Source: Patescibacteria group bacterium (GTDB taxonomy: Bacteria; Patescibacteriota; Microgenomatia; JBGSIU01). From it: a DNA stretch of 61,227 bases. Position numbers and translations under genes: made by a program. The DNA is taken from assembly GCA_041742375.1 (NCBI GenBank), contig JBGSIU010000036.1:1-61227 (forward strand). Reading direction: 5' to 3'. The first letter of the stretch is position 1. Every line of letters starts with the position of its first letter. Below, in pieces: positions 17,411 to 26,763 of the stretch. The notes beneath the pieces were generated by a model that was given only the letters and a program-made list of their open reading frames with translations, had not been told where the DNA came from and did not search any database.

Positions 17411-18269
17411 GTTTTCTATTGCTTGGTCTCATATCCGTCGTTATCCTTATCAAGCCGTATCGGTGATTGCCGTTTTGGCACTTACATTTTTTGTGATTTC
17501 TCGGGTGACTTTGATTCTCATTGTATCCGAATTAACCCTTCGTAATCTTGAAGGAAAACCACAGATAACCCTTTTTCTTAAAGATAAAATTGAAGAGCGC
17601 GATATTCAATCTATTACCAAAGAATTAAAAAATAACCCCAAAGTTTTAAAAGTGAAATATGTTTCAAAAGAAGATGCTTTAAAAATATATCGTGAGCAAA
17701 ACAAGAAAGACCCGTTACTTCTTGAAATGGTAACCGCCAATATCTTGCCCGCGTCTATTGAAGCTTCGACTATCAAAATTGAAGATTTAAGTTCTCTTGC
17801 AAAATATTATAAAAATAATCCGGCAGTTGAAGAAATTTCCTTTCAGCAAGATGTAGTTCGGAATTTGTCGCGTTGGGCAAAAGCAGTTCGAGAAATTGGG
17901 CTGGAGCACATCGGATCACATCTTCTTTTATCTCTTTTTGTAATTATTCTTTTTATCAGCGCCAAAATTGCTGTTAAAAAGCAAGAGATTGAAATTTTGC
18001 AACTTTTGGGCGCCAGCCGCAGTTATATCCGCACACCTTTTATTTTAGAGGGGATGTTTTATGGATTTTTGAGTAGTTTTCTTGCCACTGCAGCTTTTCT
18101 CGCCGTCATTTTATCAGGGCATGATCCGTTAAATATTATTTTTAACGATCTAAGCATAGGCGTGTTTGAACCTTCAGTTTATGCCCTCTATTTTGGCGTT
18201 ACCATCGGTTTGGGATTAATTCTAGGTTGGTTATCAAGTTTGATTGCTGTTTTCCGTTTTCTAAAATGA
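17409..18269 (+). CDS. ftsX: cell-division permease-like protein FtsX
   Basis: TM1, an extracellular loop domain, then three C-terminal TM helices in an FtsX-type layout, directly after ftsE. The TTG start lies inside the hairpin arm. Confidence 0.8.
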   Translation: MFSIAWSHIRRYPYQAVSVIAVLALTFFVISRVTLILIVSELTLRNLEGKPQITLFLKDKIEERDIQSITKELKNNPKVLKVKYVSKEDALKIYREQNKKDPLLLEMVTANILPASIEASTIKIEDLSSLAKYYKNNPAVEEISFQQDVVRNLSRWAKAVREIGLEHIGSHLLLSLFVIILFISAKIAVKKQEIEILQLLGASRSYIRTPFILEGMFYGFLSSFLATAAFLAVILSGHDPLNIIFNDLSIGVFEPSVYALYFGVTIGLGLILGWLSSLIAVFRFLK

Positions 18270-19516
18270 GAAAAATTTGCGTTGCAATTGCCATTTTTTC
18301 ACTTCTTTTATTAGCTTCGTTTAAGCCCATTTTTGCCGCAGAATCTTGCGGCAGCTACCCAACGGAAGAGCTTAAGAAAAAATGCGAAGAGATAGAATCG
18401 CAAATTAAGGAATATGAAAAGAAGCTGCAAGCGGCGCAGGAAACGGAATCGGCATTAAAAAAAAATATTGAATACTATGATAACCAAATATATTTGGCCA
18501 AGCTTCGGATTAATGAATCAGAAATTATTATAGAAAAGAGAAAACAAGATGTTGAAAATCTCGTTAATAAAATTATTATTCTTGAAGATAGGCTTGATAA
18601 AAACACTAAACTATTCCTTAGGCGGATTAATTTAAGCTATCGAAAAGGCGCGCTTAAGCCATACATGGTCTTTTTAACTAAAGGGTCGTTATCTGACAAA
18701 GTGAGCCGTTATAAATATTTGCAGACGGTTCAAAGTGCAGATAGAAAATTTCTTTTTCGAGTTCAAGAAACGAAAAACAGTTATAGTGACCAGAAAAAAT
18801 TGGTGGCGGCAGAAAAAAAAGCGCTGGAAAACGAAAAGATTATTCTTGAAGCCCGGAAGACCGAATATAATAATCAAGTTAAAGAAAAAGAACTCGCGCT
18901 TTCTCAAACGCAAGATGAGGAGCAAGTTTTATCAGCAGAAATTGAGAATTTAAGGGCGCAAAGAAGCAATTTGATGGGAGGAGTTGTTTCTTTGGGATAT
19001 TCGTATGATCAAAATACCTGCCAAACATGGGCAGAAGATAATTTTTATTTTAATCAAACAGATTGTCGTTGGGGCGGTGTAAAAATTGGAAATGCTAATT
19101 GCCCCAATTGTTATGATTCGTTTATGGGTGATTATGGATGCGCAGTTACATCTTCTGCGATGGTTTTGAAAAAAAGCGGCAAAGATGTTAATCCGGGAAC
19201 AATTGCGGGTAACAGCAGTTATTTTTTATATCAATATGGTTATCAATGGGATCTTATTAATTGGGCAGCAGTAGGAAATTCTTTTTTCGGACATGAACCA
19301 ATAATTCATTGGTCGGCTGATTGGTCATTGATTGATACAAAACTTAATGAAGGAAAATGGGCGATTGTACATGTGCCTCTTGGTAAATGGGGACATTTCG
19401 TTGTTGTTACAGGCAAAGAAGGAAACGATTACAAAATTCACGACCCATTTTTTAAAGAGAAAACATTATTAATTAATTCATATGGAAGTATCGATCAAGT
19501 TGTTGTTTACGAGTAA
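18266..19516 (+). CDS. secreted coiled-coil protein with C-terminal papain-like (peptidase C39-like) Cys/His domain; candidate FtsEX-controlled cell-wall hydrolase
   Basis: ATG 18266 overlaps the ftsX stop (ATGA). Signal peptide, ~230 aa heptad-rich coiled coil, then GDYGCAVTSSAMVL...GHFVVVTGKEGNDYKIHDP. The ORF-track start is 18227. Confidence 0.65.
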   Translation: MRKICVAIAIFSLLLLASFKPIFAAESCGSYPTEELKKKCEEIESQIKEYEKKLQAAQETESALKKNIEYYDNQIYLAKLRINESEIIIEKRKQDVENLVNKIIILEDRLDKNTKLFLRRINLSYRKGALKPYMVFLTKGSLSDKVSRYKYLQTVQSADRKFLFRVQETKNSYSDQKKLVAAEKKALENEKIILEARKTEYNNQVKEKELALSQTQDEEQVLSAEIENLRAQRSNLMGGVVSLGYSYDQNTCQTWAEDNFYFNQTDCRWGGVKIGNANCPNCYDSFMGDYGCAVTSSAMVLKKSGKDVNPGTIAGNSSYFLYQYGYQWDLINWAAVGNSFFGHEPIIHWSADWSLIDTKLNEGKWAIVHVPLGKWGHFVVVTGKEGNDYKIHDPFFKEKTLLINSYGSIDQVVVYE

Positions 19517-19529
19517 TTCTAATTAGACA

Positions 19530-20507
19530 ATGTTAAAAAAACCTGCCTGTTTTATTTTTGGAATAATATTGTATTTTCTTTTTTCAGTTTCTTCGGTTTT
19601 TGCAATTGATTCTCTTCAAAACGGTGATTTCGAATCAGACACTATTTCCCCATGGGAAGCTGGATCAGCAAATCAAGATAGATTTCAGTTTACCATTGTT
19701 GATAGTGTAGCAAAAAATAATAGCAAATCGGTTTTGTTAAAAGCAAAAAGCGATTCATTTAGCTATTATTACTGCTTAAAGCAGAGAGTTTCAATCGCAA
19801 GCGAATTATTTAATAAACAGTTTAAAATATCTGGTTATATAAAAACAGGGAATAATGCAAATGGTGCGATTATCAGGGTTGCTTGGTATAAAAGTGGCGA
19901 TGATAAACAGAAAGATTCAACGGATTCAGAAATAATAACTTCTACTGATTGGACTCAGGTCTTAATTGATATTCCGCGCTACCAAGATTCAGATCAGATA
20001 GAAATTAGATTAATTGTGAAAGGAAACTCCAATGATTTCTTGGCTGAGTCTTATTTTGATGATTTAAGACTTGAAACATATGATCCTCCGACTCCAACTC
20101 CAACCCCGACAAACACGCCTGTCCCAACCGGAACTCCGATTCCTCCGACGAATACACCAAAACCTGCAAATACTCTTGTCCCTTCGCGCATTCCAACTCC
20201 TTCAAAAACTCCCACGCCTAAAAAAACTCCCACTCCGGCGAAAAAAACAACTCCAACAATAACTCCGGCAAAAAAAATGTCATTGGCTCCAACAAAAAAA
20301 GAGATTGCAAAAAATAATAATGTTTTGGGAGACACTACGAGTAAAAAAACTTCAACAATTGCATCAAGTGATTCCGGAACAGAAGTCGGCACCATGTTAA
20401 TATTAATTGGTGTTTTGTTTGGCGTGTCAAGTTTAGGCGCTTTTATTTATCAGAAATATCAAAAGCCGATTGATGAATTCTGGCGGAGAAAGTTTAAAAA
20501 AGAATAG
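19530..20507 (+). CDS. surface protein: signal peptide, CBM-like jelly-roll domain, Pro/Thr-rich linker, C-terminal TM anchor
   Basis: LQNGDFES...YFDDLRLE domain, PTPTPTPTNTPVPTGTP... linker, and a final hydrophobic helix followed by a basic tail. Confidence 0.6.
   Translation: MLKKPACFIFGIILYFLFSVSSVFAIDSLQNGDFESDTISPWEAGSANQDRFQFTIVDSVAKNNSKSVLLKAKSDSFSYYYCLKQRVSIASELFNKQFKISGYIKTGNNANGAIIRVAWYKSGDDKQKDSTDSEIITSTDWTQVLIDIPRYQDSDQIEIRLIVKGNSNDFLAESYFDDLRLETYDPPTPTPTPTNTPVPTGTPIPPTNTPKPANTLVPSRIPTPSKTPTPKKTPTPAKKTTPTITPAKKMSLAPTKKEIAKNNNVLGDTTSKKTSTIASSDSGTEVGTMLILIGVLFGVSSLGAFIYQKYQKPIDEFWRRKFKKE
20083..20275 (+). other. Pro/Thr/Lys-rich low-complexity linker coding tract
   Basis: Encodes DPPTPTPTPTNTPVPTGTPIPPTNTPKPANTLVPSRIPTPSKTPTPKKTPTPAKKTTPTITPAKK. 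Confidence 0.9.
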
Positions 20508-20516
20508 CTTAAAGCC

Positions 20517-22655
20517 ATGAAAACAAAATTATTCTTGCTATTTACAGCTATCGCGGTTGTTTTAATTCCGATAGCGTATGTTGCCGCGTTTTTTGTTTCA
20601 TCTGTGAAGATGGGAAAATTCAGTTTTTCCACTGGTTTTTGGGGTGCGCCGGCGGCGCCGTTATTAGTCAGGCCAATAAATGATTTAAAAACAAGAGAAG
20701 ATCAATATTTTGAATGGAACGAGCCTTTAGGTATTTCGTTCCAGCCGGTAACTTATAAAATTGAAGTTTATGATGCTGATCCTCTAATTTATTTTGATCC
20801 ATCTCATAAAGTTATTTCTCAAGAGGGAATTTATTTAACCCGTTATCCAGCAGAGGGAGCAGCGTTATTAATTGATGGCGATTATTGGTGGCGGGTGAAG
20901 GCAATTGACGCCCACGGAAAAGACGGCCTTTGGAGCGGAATTTGGAAATTTTCACTTGATAAAACACCGCCCTTAACCACGATTAGTGTGGAAAATTCAC
21001 CTCGTCGCAAAATGAACGAACAAATTAATGACGGAACATTTGAAAAATATCCGACAACAGAAGATGTGGCAGATGATTTTGGACTTTCGGGAGAAGTGAG
21101 CTTGGATCAAACAGGAGGATACACGGGAGAGAAGATGATTAGAATTGGGAAAACCAACTCTCAAAACGAAGGTTTGCTCTGGGAAAACAGTAAGCTTTCA
21201 TACACTTTTCCTAATGATTCAAAAACAATTTCTTTTTACTATAATTTATATTCTTCGGATATTTATCCATTTGACGAAAGCGCTTTTATCGTCAATGTGA
21301 ATGACCAGCCGATTTTACAAGTCGGTGCCGATGAAACATCGGGGATTGGAGAGGTGCAAACAACCGGTTGGCGCCAATTTTATTATGATATAAGTGATTT
21401 AGATAATGTCAAAATTGATTTTTTTGCCGGAAATTCTGAAGATATTTTTATGTCAAGCTGGGTTTACCTTGATGATATTCAAACAGGAAGAACAGTCGTT
21501 AATGAAAAAGCAAAATTTTATCTTGAATCAACGGAAGATGGCCAAAGATATTATTGCGTCGATGATTGTGATGGAAGCAGTGTTAATTGGCAGGAATATG
21601 CAGATCATTTTTCTCTTAATCTAGCTCACGGAGCGCACAATTTGTTTTTTTATAGCACTGATGAATTAGGAAATCAAGAAACTCCAAAAGTTAAATTTAT
21701 TTATTTTGACAACTCTCCGCCCCAAAAAATCACCGATCTTAATTTAAAAAATGTGGCAACCGATTCAGCAGAAATTGTTTTTACGGCACCTGCGCAAGAC
21801 GCTGCGACTGAATCTGGTAAGGTCGAAGGTTTTGAAATTAAATATTCGGAGAGTGTTGTGACTGACGCATCAACTTCTGGAGAAATCAATGATTGGTGGC
21901 AAAATGCGCTGCCGGTTAACACAGTTATTATTCCTGATTATCCGGGGTTTGCCCAAGAATTTGTAATTGGCAATTTATTCATTGATAAAACTTATTTTGC
22001 CGCAATAAGATCGCATGACGCCGCAGTTAATTATTCTGATGTGTCAAATATTCTAAAAATTGTTATGCCAACTCCAACGCCAACTTTGACTCTTACACCC
22101 ACTTTGACTCCAGAACCAACCGTAACCCCAACAGAAACTCCAATTCCAGAACCAACAATCGAAAACATTTTGGTTACTCCGACGCCAACTCCAACTCTTT
22201 CGTCCGGTTTACTGCAAAACGGGGGATTTGAAGATGAAATTAATTTTTGGGGCGATAGCGGAAGTATCAGTTCAATTATTTCGAACGAAAAACATTCAGG
22301 AAACAATTCAGTTTTAGTGACTGTAAGAAGTGATACTTTTACAAAATATTTAATCCATCAACGAATTCAGGGGATAAATATTAATAAGAAATACCGCGTG
22401 TCAGGATATATAAAAAGTGGGCTTGGATTAAATGGATCAATTATTCGAATAGGTTGGTATGGAGATACCGGAACTCAAAAACGAGCTGACGATTCAACTA
22501 TTATTTCTTCTTCTGATTGGACACTGGCAATAATAGATAAGCAGCCTCCTAGTGGAGCGACGCAGATGGAAGTCCGTTTGTCTCCAAAAGGATTTAATGA
22601 TATTTTTGATGCTTCTGCCTACTTTGACGATATTACGGTTGAAGAACACGACTAG
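20517..22655 (+). CDS. large surface protein: N-terminal TM, FN3-like and jelly-roll domains, Pro/Thr linker, C-terminal CBM-like domain paralogous to that of 19530..20507
   Basis: 712 aa with a PTPTPTLTLTPTLTPEPTVTPTETP linker. The C-terminal LQNGGFEDE...YFDDITVE aligns by eye with the neighbouring gene's domain. Confidence 0.6.
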   Translation: MKTKLFLLFTAIAVVLIPIAYVAAFFVSSVKMGKFSFSTGFWGAPAAPLLVRPINDLKTREDQYFEWNEPLGISFQPVTYKIEVYDADPLIYFDPSHKVISQEGIYLTRYPAEGAALLIDGDYWWRVKAIDAHGKDGLWSGIWKFSLDKTPPLTTISVENSPRRKMNEQINDGTFEKYPTTEDVADDFGLSGEVSLDQTGGYTGEKMIRIGKTNSQNEGLLWENSKLSYTFPNDSKTISFYYNLYSSDIYPFDESAFIVNVNDQPILQVGADETSGIGEVQTTGWRQFYYDISDLDNVKIDFFAGNSEDIFMSSWVYLDDIQTGRTVVNEKAKFYLESTEDGQRYYCVDDCDGSSVNWQEYADHFSLNLAHGAHNLFFYSTDELGNQETPKVKFIYFDNSPPQKITDLNLKNVATDSAEIVFTAPAQDAATESGKVEGFEIKYSESVVTDASTSGEINDWWQNALPVNTVIIPDYPGFAQEFVIGNLFIDKTYFAAIRSHDAAVNYSDVSNILKIVMPTPTPTLTLTPTLTPEPTVTPTETPIPEPTIENILVTPTPTPTLSSGLLQNGGFEDEINFWGDSGSISSIISNEKHSGNNSVLVTVRSDTFTKYLIHQRIQGININKKYRVSGYIKSGLGLNGSIIRIGWYGDTGTQKRADDSTIISSSDWTLAIIDKQPPSGATQMEVRLSPKGFNDIFDASAYFDDITVEEHD
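22065..22205 (+). other. Pro/Thr-rich low-complexity linker coding tract
   Basis: Encodes MPTPTPTLTLTPTLTPEPTVTPTETPIPEPTIENILVTPTPTPTL. Confidence 0.9.
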
Positions 22656-22694
22656 AATATGTTTCTAATAGTTGTTATACTAAATTGTTAAACT

Positions 22695-23564
22695 ATGCGA
22701 ACTCTCGATCATTTTATTCATCACTTTTTTCCTCACAAACACAATAATCATAAAGCCCATGCACTTCAAGCGCCGGTTCTTTTTCTGTACCTTCTTTTTT
22801 TTGTGATTTTTCAATTCGCGTCTCCGTTTCTTCTCAAGATGAAAGGGGATGTTTTGGGATATGCAACCAATATCGAAGAAGATAACCTTTTGATAATCAC
22901 TAATCAAAAACGCGCTGAGAAAGGTTTAAAACCTTTAACAAAGAACGAACAATTGGCATCGGCTGCCGCGGCGAAAGCCAAATATATGTTTACAAACAAC
23001 TTTTGGGCACATAATGCGCCGGATGGAACAACTCCTTGGAAATTTATTAATGATGCAAAATATGATTATATTTATGCAGGAGAAAACTTAGCGCGTGATT
23101 TTGAGAATTCAGAAGATGTGGTGGTTGCTTGGATGGATAGCCCATCTCATCGGGCAAATATTTTACAAGAGAAATATGAAGACATTGGTTTTGCCGTGGT
23201 AAACGGGGTATTAAACGGTGAAGAAACAACTTTGGTGGTCCAGATGTTTGGAACATTAGTTTCTCCCAACGTTCTTCCCGAAACCAGCACGGCGCCTCAG
23301 GTAAAAGAGGCGCAACCCGAGAATAATCTGGATATTTCCGTTAATATGAATCAAGAGAAAAATTTATCAATTACTAAATTTATTTTCACCAAAGAATTTT
23401 CACTAATGTTTATAGGATTTTTGCTACTGCTTTTGATAATTGACGGATTCATTATTTGGAAAAATAAAATTATCAGAATATCCAGTTATAATTTAGCTCA
23501 TTTTATGTTGCTTGCCAGTTTATTTTTGGTGGTTACTTTTCTGAAGACAGGATCAGTTTTATAA
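22695..23564 (+). CDS. membrane-anchored CAP/SCP (YkwD-like) domain protein
   Basis: NQKRAEKGLKPLTKNEQLASAAAAKAKYM...GENLA...WMDSPSHRANIL is a CAP-domain pattern, flanked by TM helices. Confidence 0.7.
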   Translation: MRTLDHFIHHFFPHKHNNHKAHALQAPVLFLYLLFFVIFQFASPFLLKMKGDVLGYATNIEEDNLLIITNQKRAEKGLKPLTKNEQLASAAAAKAKYMFTNNFWAHNAPDGTTPWKFINDAKYDYIYAGENLARDFENSEDVVVAWMDSPSHRANILQEKYEDIGFAVVNGVLNGEETTLVVQMFGTLVSPNVLPETSTAPQVKEAQPENNLDISVNMNQEKNLSITKFIFTKEFSLMFIGFLLLLLIIDGFIIWKNKIIRISSYNLAHFMLLASLFLVVTFLKTGSVL

Positions 23565-23565
23565 T

Positions 23566-23829
23566 ATGAACAAAAAGACAACTCTTATTATTTCGAACTA
23601 TCTTTTTCTCTTAATTATCCTTTTTGCCGGATTTTGGAGTATTTTATTTTTTCGACGCGATAAATTTATTCAAATATTTTCAGCAGGTTTAATGTGTTTT
23701 GGATACACTATGTGGGGAATTTTACACCATGTCTCTTTAAAGAACTTGCACCTTCGAATTGTGATAGAATACATCGTGTTTGCGATGATTGTGTTCAGTA
23801 TATTGACAATTCTTATCGCTCGATCATGA
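23566..23829 (+). CDS. small hypothetical membrane protein
   Basis: 87 aa with three hydrophobic helices, starting 2 nt after the previous stop. Confidence 0.4.
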   Translation: MNKKTTLIISNYLFLLIILFAGFWSILFFRRDKFIQIFSAGLMCFGYTMWGILHHVSLKNLHLRIVIEYIVFAMIVFSILTILIARS

Positions 23830-23834
23830 AGTAT

Positions 23835-23905
23835 AAATCAAAATGCAAAATCAAAAATATTTTTAATATTTAATTTGTGTTTTTGATCTTTGATATTTGA
23901 TTTTT
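23835..23905. repeat. AT-rich hairpin with (AAATCAA)/(TTGATTT)-type arms upstream of rmlA
   Basis: aaatcaaaatgcaaaatcaaaaatat pairs imperfectly with gtgtttttgatctttgatatttgattttt. Confidence 0.7.
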
Positions 23906-23913
23906 AATTTGTT

Positions 23914-24630
23914 ATGAAGGGGATTATTCTCGCTGGTGGTTTAGGTACTCGACTCTACCCTTTGACCTATGCCACAAATAAACATTTGCTTCCAATTTAT
24001 GACCAGCCAATGATTTTTTATCCAATTAAAACACTGGTTGATGCTGGGATAACATCAATTGCAATTGTAACTGGTGGTCCCCATGCCGGTCATTTCATGC
24101 GCGTCTTAAGGAATGGAAAAGCGCTTGGGATTAAACACTTGGAATTTTTATATCAAGAAAACGAAGGCGGCATTGCTGATGCTTTAAGACTCTGTGAAGA
24201 TTTTGCTGATAATGATAACATTGCGGTAATTTTGGGAGATAACACGACTGACATGGATATCTCTCCTCATGTAAAAAATTTTAAAACCGGAGCAATGGTT
24301 TTTTTAAAAAAAGTACCAGATCCTGAAAGATTTGGAGTGGCGGCTTTTTCTGGCGAGAAAATTGTTCATATTGATGAAAAATCAAAAAATCCAAAAAGTG
24401 ACTATGCAGTGACAGGTCTTTATATTTATGACAACAAAGTGTTTAGCTATATTCACAAAATAAAGCCTTCTGGTCGCGGGGAAATGGAAATTACAGATGT
24501 AAACAATTGCTATATCGACAATGGCAATAGCTTGCAATATACGAAGATGAAACATTATTGGTCAGATTGCGGAACTTTTGAGAGTTTATATGCTGCCAGC
24601 AAATTCTGGCACGACAAAAAGAAAATTTAA
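23914..24630 (+). CDS. rmlA: sugar-1-phosphate nucleotidyltransferase (short RmlA-like, probable glucose-1-phosphate thymidylyltransferase)
   Basis: MKGIILAGGLGTRLYPLTYATNKHLLPIYDQPMIFYPI is the RmlA-type N-terminus. Confidence 0.8.
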   Translation: MKGIILAGGLGTRLYPLTYATNKHLLPIYDQPMIFYPIKTLVDAGITSIAIVTGGPHAGHFMRVLRNGKALGIKHLEFLYQENEGGIADALRLCEDFADNDNIAVILGDNTTDMDISPHVKNFKTGAMVFLKKVPDPERFGVAAFSGEKIVHIDEKSKNPKSDYAVTGLYIYDNKVFSYIHKIKPSGRGEMEITDVNNCYIDNGNSLQYTKMKHYWSDCGTFESLYAASKFWHDKKKI

Positions 24631-24683
24631 AATTTTTAATTTAAAATTTGAAATGAAAACTAAATTTGAAAATTATAAAAATT

Positions 24684-24723
24684 GAAAATTCATTGAAAAT
24701 TAAAAATTGAAAATTGAAAATTG
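24684..24723. repeat. direct tandem (AAAATTG/GAAAATT)n tract, no complementary arm seen
   Basis: aattgaaaattcattgaaaattaaaaattgaaaattgaaaattg. The last unit supplies the TTG start of 24721. Confidence 0.7.
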
Positions 24724-25158
24724 GGACAATCGTTAATTGATAAGGTAAAAATCGAGGAATGCAAGAAAGTGCCAACTCGTGATTTAAGAGGTCAGGAGAA
24801 TGGTTTCCTTCAAGAAATGTTTGTCAAGAATGGAAAGACGCTTTGCTATCTTTCTGCAGCTCGCCCCGGGGCTTTTAAGGGTTATCATTTGCACAAAGTG
24901 CGCGCCGCCCGCTATGTTTGCGTGAAAGGCATAATGAAAGTGATTTTATATTATGATGGGAAGCGCGAAGAACACATTTTGTCCGTCGAAAATCGCAAAA
25001 GATTATACATTCCCCCAAATGTGCCAACTGGGCTTGAAAATATCGGAACTGAGGATGCCTGGCTCATTAATCTTCCTGATCCTCCATATGACCCAAATTT
25101 AAAAGATGAACAGGTGGATTATACACTTGAAGAAGTGGAAAATAATTTTATTAAATAA
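24721..25158 (+). CDS. RmlC-like cupin (NDP-4-keto-6-deoxy-sugar epimerase/isomerase family)
   Basis: 145 aa with GYHLHKVRAARYVCVKG and a cupin strand pattern, sitting among rml genes. The exact activity is not assignable. The TTG start lies inside a tandem repeat. Confidence 0.5.
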   Translation: MGQSLIDKVKIEECKKVPTRDLRGQENGFLQEMFVKNGKTLCYLSAARPGAFKGYHLHKVRAARYVCVKGIMKVILYYDGKREEHILSVENRKRLYIPPNVPTGLENIGTEDAWLINLPDPPYDPNLKDEQVDYTLEEVENNFIK

Positions 25159-25167
25159 AATTATTTT

Positions 25168-25220
25168 CCATCCTGAGCGATCCCGAGTGAGTAAAACGAA
25201 ACGAGGGAGAGTCGAAGGAT
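25168..25220. repeat. GC-rich element ATCCTGAGCG...GTCGAAGGAT
   Basis: ccatcctgagcgatcccgagtgagtaaaacgaaacgagggagagtcgaaggat has inverted ends atcct/aggat and an inner cccgag/cgaggg-like pairing. The structure is only approximate. Confidence 0.45.
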
Positions 25221-25230
25221 TATTTGCCCT

Positions 25231-25722
25231 ATGATTCAATGTCAATTTGAAAACGGCCGTCAAACCTTTCTTCGTCATGTGGTAGTTGATGCAATTGCTG
25301 TTAAAAATAATAAGATTCTTCTTATTAAACGTGCGATTAATTTAGTGCAAGGTGGAAAATATGCATTTCCCGGCGGATTTTTAGATCGCGACGAAACAAC
25401 TTCACAGGCAGTACTTCGTGAATTTCTTGAAGAAACTGGTTATCAAGGAAAAATAATAAGCCTTTTTCGAATAAAAGATGTTCCAAATCGTCGAGACTTT
25501 CCATCTTCAAAAGAAAAAGAAAGACAAAATGTTGGATTTTTCTTTATTGTTGAAATTGGTAAAAAGATTCAAGAAGCGGATAACGAGTCTTCGGAAGTTA
25601 AAATGTTCGATTTAGACAATCTTCCTTCTGAATCAGAATTTGCTTTTGATCATTATGAAAATATTCAATTATATTTAAAACATCTTCAAAAACCTTTTTC
25701 TCTGCCAATGTTCGGAAAATAA
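25231..25722 (+). CDS. NUDIX hydrolase
   Basis: The Nudix box GGFLDRDETTSQAVLREFLEETGY is present. Confidence 0.8.
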   Translation: MIQCQFENGRQTFLRHVVVDAIAVKNNKILLIKRAINLVQGGKYAFPGGFLDRDETTSQAVLREFLEETGYQGKIISLFRIKDVPNRRDFPSSKEKERQNVGFFFIVEIGKKIQEADNESSEVKMFDLDNLPSESEFAFDHYENIQLYLKHLQKPFSLPMFGK

Positions 25723-25750
25723 AAAGGGAAAATTATAGTAAAATTAATAT

Positions 25751-26749
25751 ATGAAACTTTTTGTGACAGGTGGCGCGGGTTTTATCGGCGCCAACTTTAT
25801 TCTCTATTGGTTAAAAAAATATCCAAACGACGAGATTGTAAATTTCGACGCGTTGACTTATGCGGGCAACCTTGAAAATCTAAAAAGCGTTGAAAAAAAC
25901 GAAAATTACAAATTTATAAAAGGTGATATCACGCGAGGAGAGGAAGTGGAAGAAGCGCTAGCGGATGATACGGATATTATCGTCCATTTTGCCGCCGAAT
26001 CCCATGTTGACCGCTCCATCGTGGGGCCTCAGAAATTTGTGTCCACAAATACGCTTGGTACCCAAGTTCTTCTTGATGCGGCAATTGCGAAAAGAATTCG
26101 TTTTCACCATATTTCAACCGATGAAGTTTTTGGTAGTTTAGAACTTGGTTCTAAAAATAAATTTAATGAAAAGACCAATTATAATCCTTCAAGCCCGTAT
26201 GCGGCGTCAAAAGCTGGATCAGATCATTTAGTGCGTGCGGCGCACCGAACCTACAATTTACCAATTACAATCACTAATTGTTCAAATAATTTTGGCCCAT
26301 TTCAATTTCCAGAAAAATTTGTGTCCCTGGCAATCACTAATTTGATTGAAGAAAAAAAAGTGCCGGTGTATGGTGACGGCTTAAATATACGCGATTGGTT
26401 ATATGTTGAAGATCACTGCGTGGCAATTGATCTTGTGATTAAACGCGGGAAAATTGGAGAAACATATTGTGTGGGCGGAATGACAAGTGATATTTCCAAT
26501 CTTGAAATTGTCAGGAAAATATTAAAAATCATGGGAAAAACAGAAGATAGTATTGAGTTTATTAAAGATAGGCCAGGACACGATAGAAAGTATGCAATCG
26601 ACTGGACAAAAATCAACAAAGAATTAGGATATAAACCACAATTCAGTTTTGACAAATATCTTGAAAAAACTGTGAAATGGTATTTTGACAATCAGGAATG
26701 GTGGAGACGTGTGAAGTCAGGCGAATATCAAAAACAAATTAATTTCTAA
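25751..26749 (+). CDS. rmlB: dTDP-glucose 4,6-dehydratase
   Basis: VTGGAGFIGANF, HFAAESHVDRS, ISTDEVFG and YAASKAG match the RmlB pattern over the full 332 aa. Confidence 0.92.
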   Translation: MKLFVTGGAGFIGANFILYWLKKYPNDEIVNFDALTYAGNLENLKSVEKNENYKFIKGDITRGEEVEEALADDTDIIVHFAAESHVDRSIVGPQKFVSTNTLGTQVLLDAAIAKRIRFHHISTDEVFGSLELGSKNKFNEKTNYNPSSPYAASKAGSDHLVRAAHRTYNLPITITNCSNNFGPFQFPEKFVSLAITNLIEEKKVPVYGDGLNIRDWLYVEDHCVAIDLVIKRGKIGETYCVGGMTSDISNLEIVRKILKIMGKTEDSIEFIKDRPGHDRKYAIDWTKINKELGYKPQFSFDKYLEKTVKWYFDNQEWWRRVKSGEYQKQINF

Positions 26750-26763
26750 GCACCTCCTCTTTT

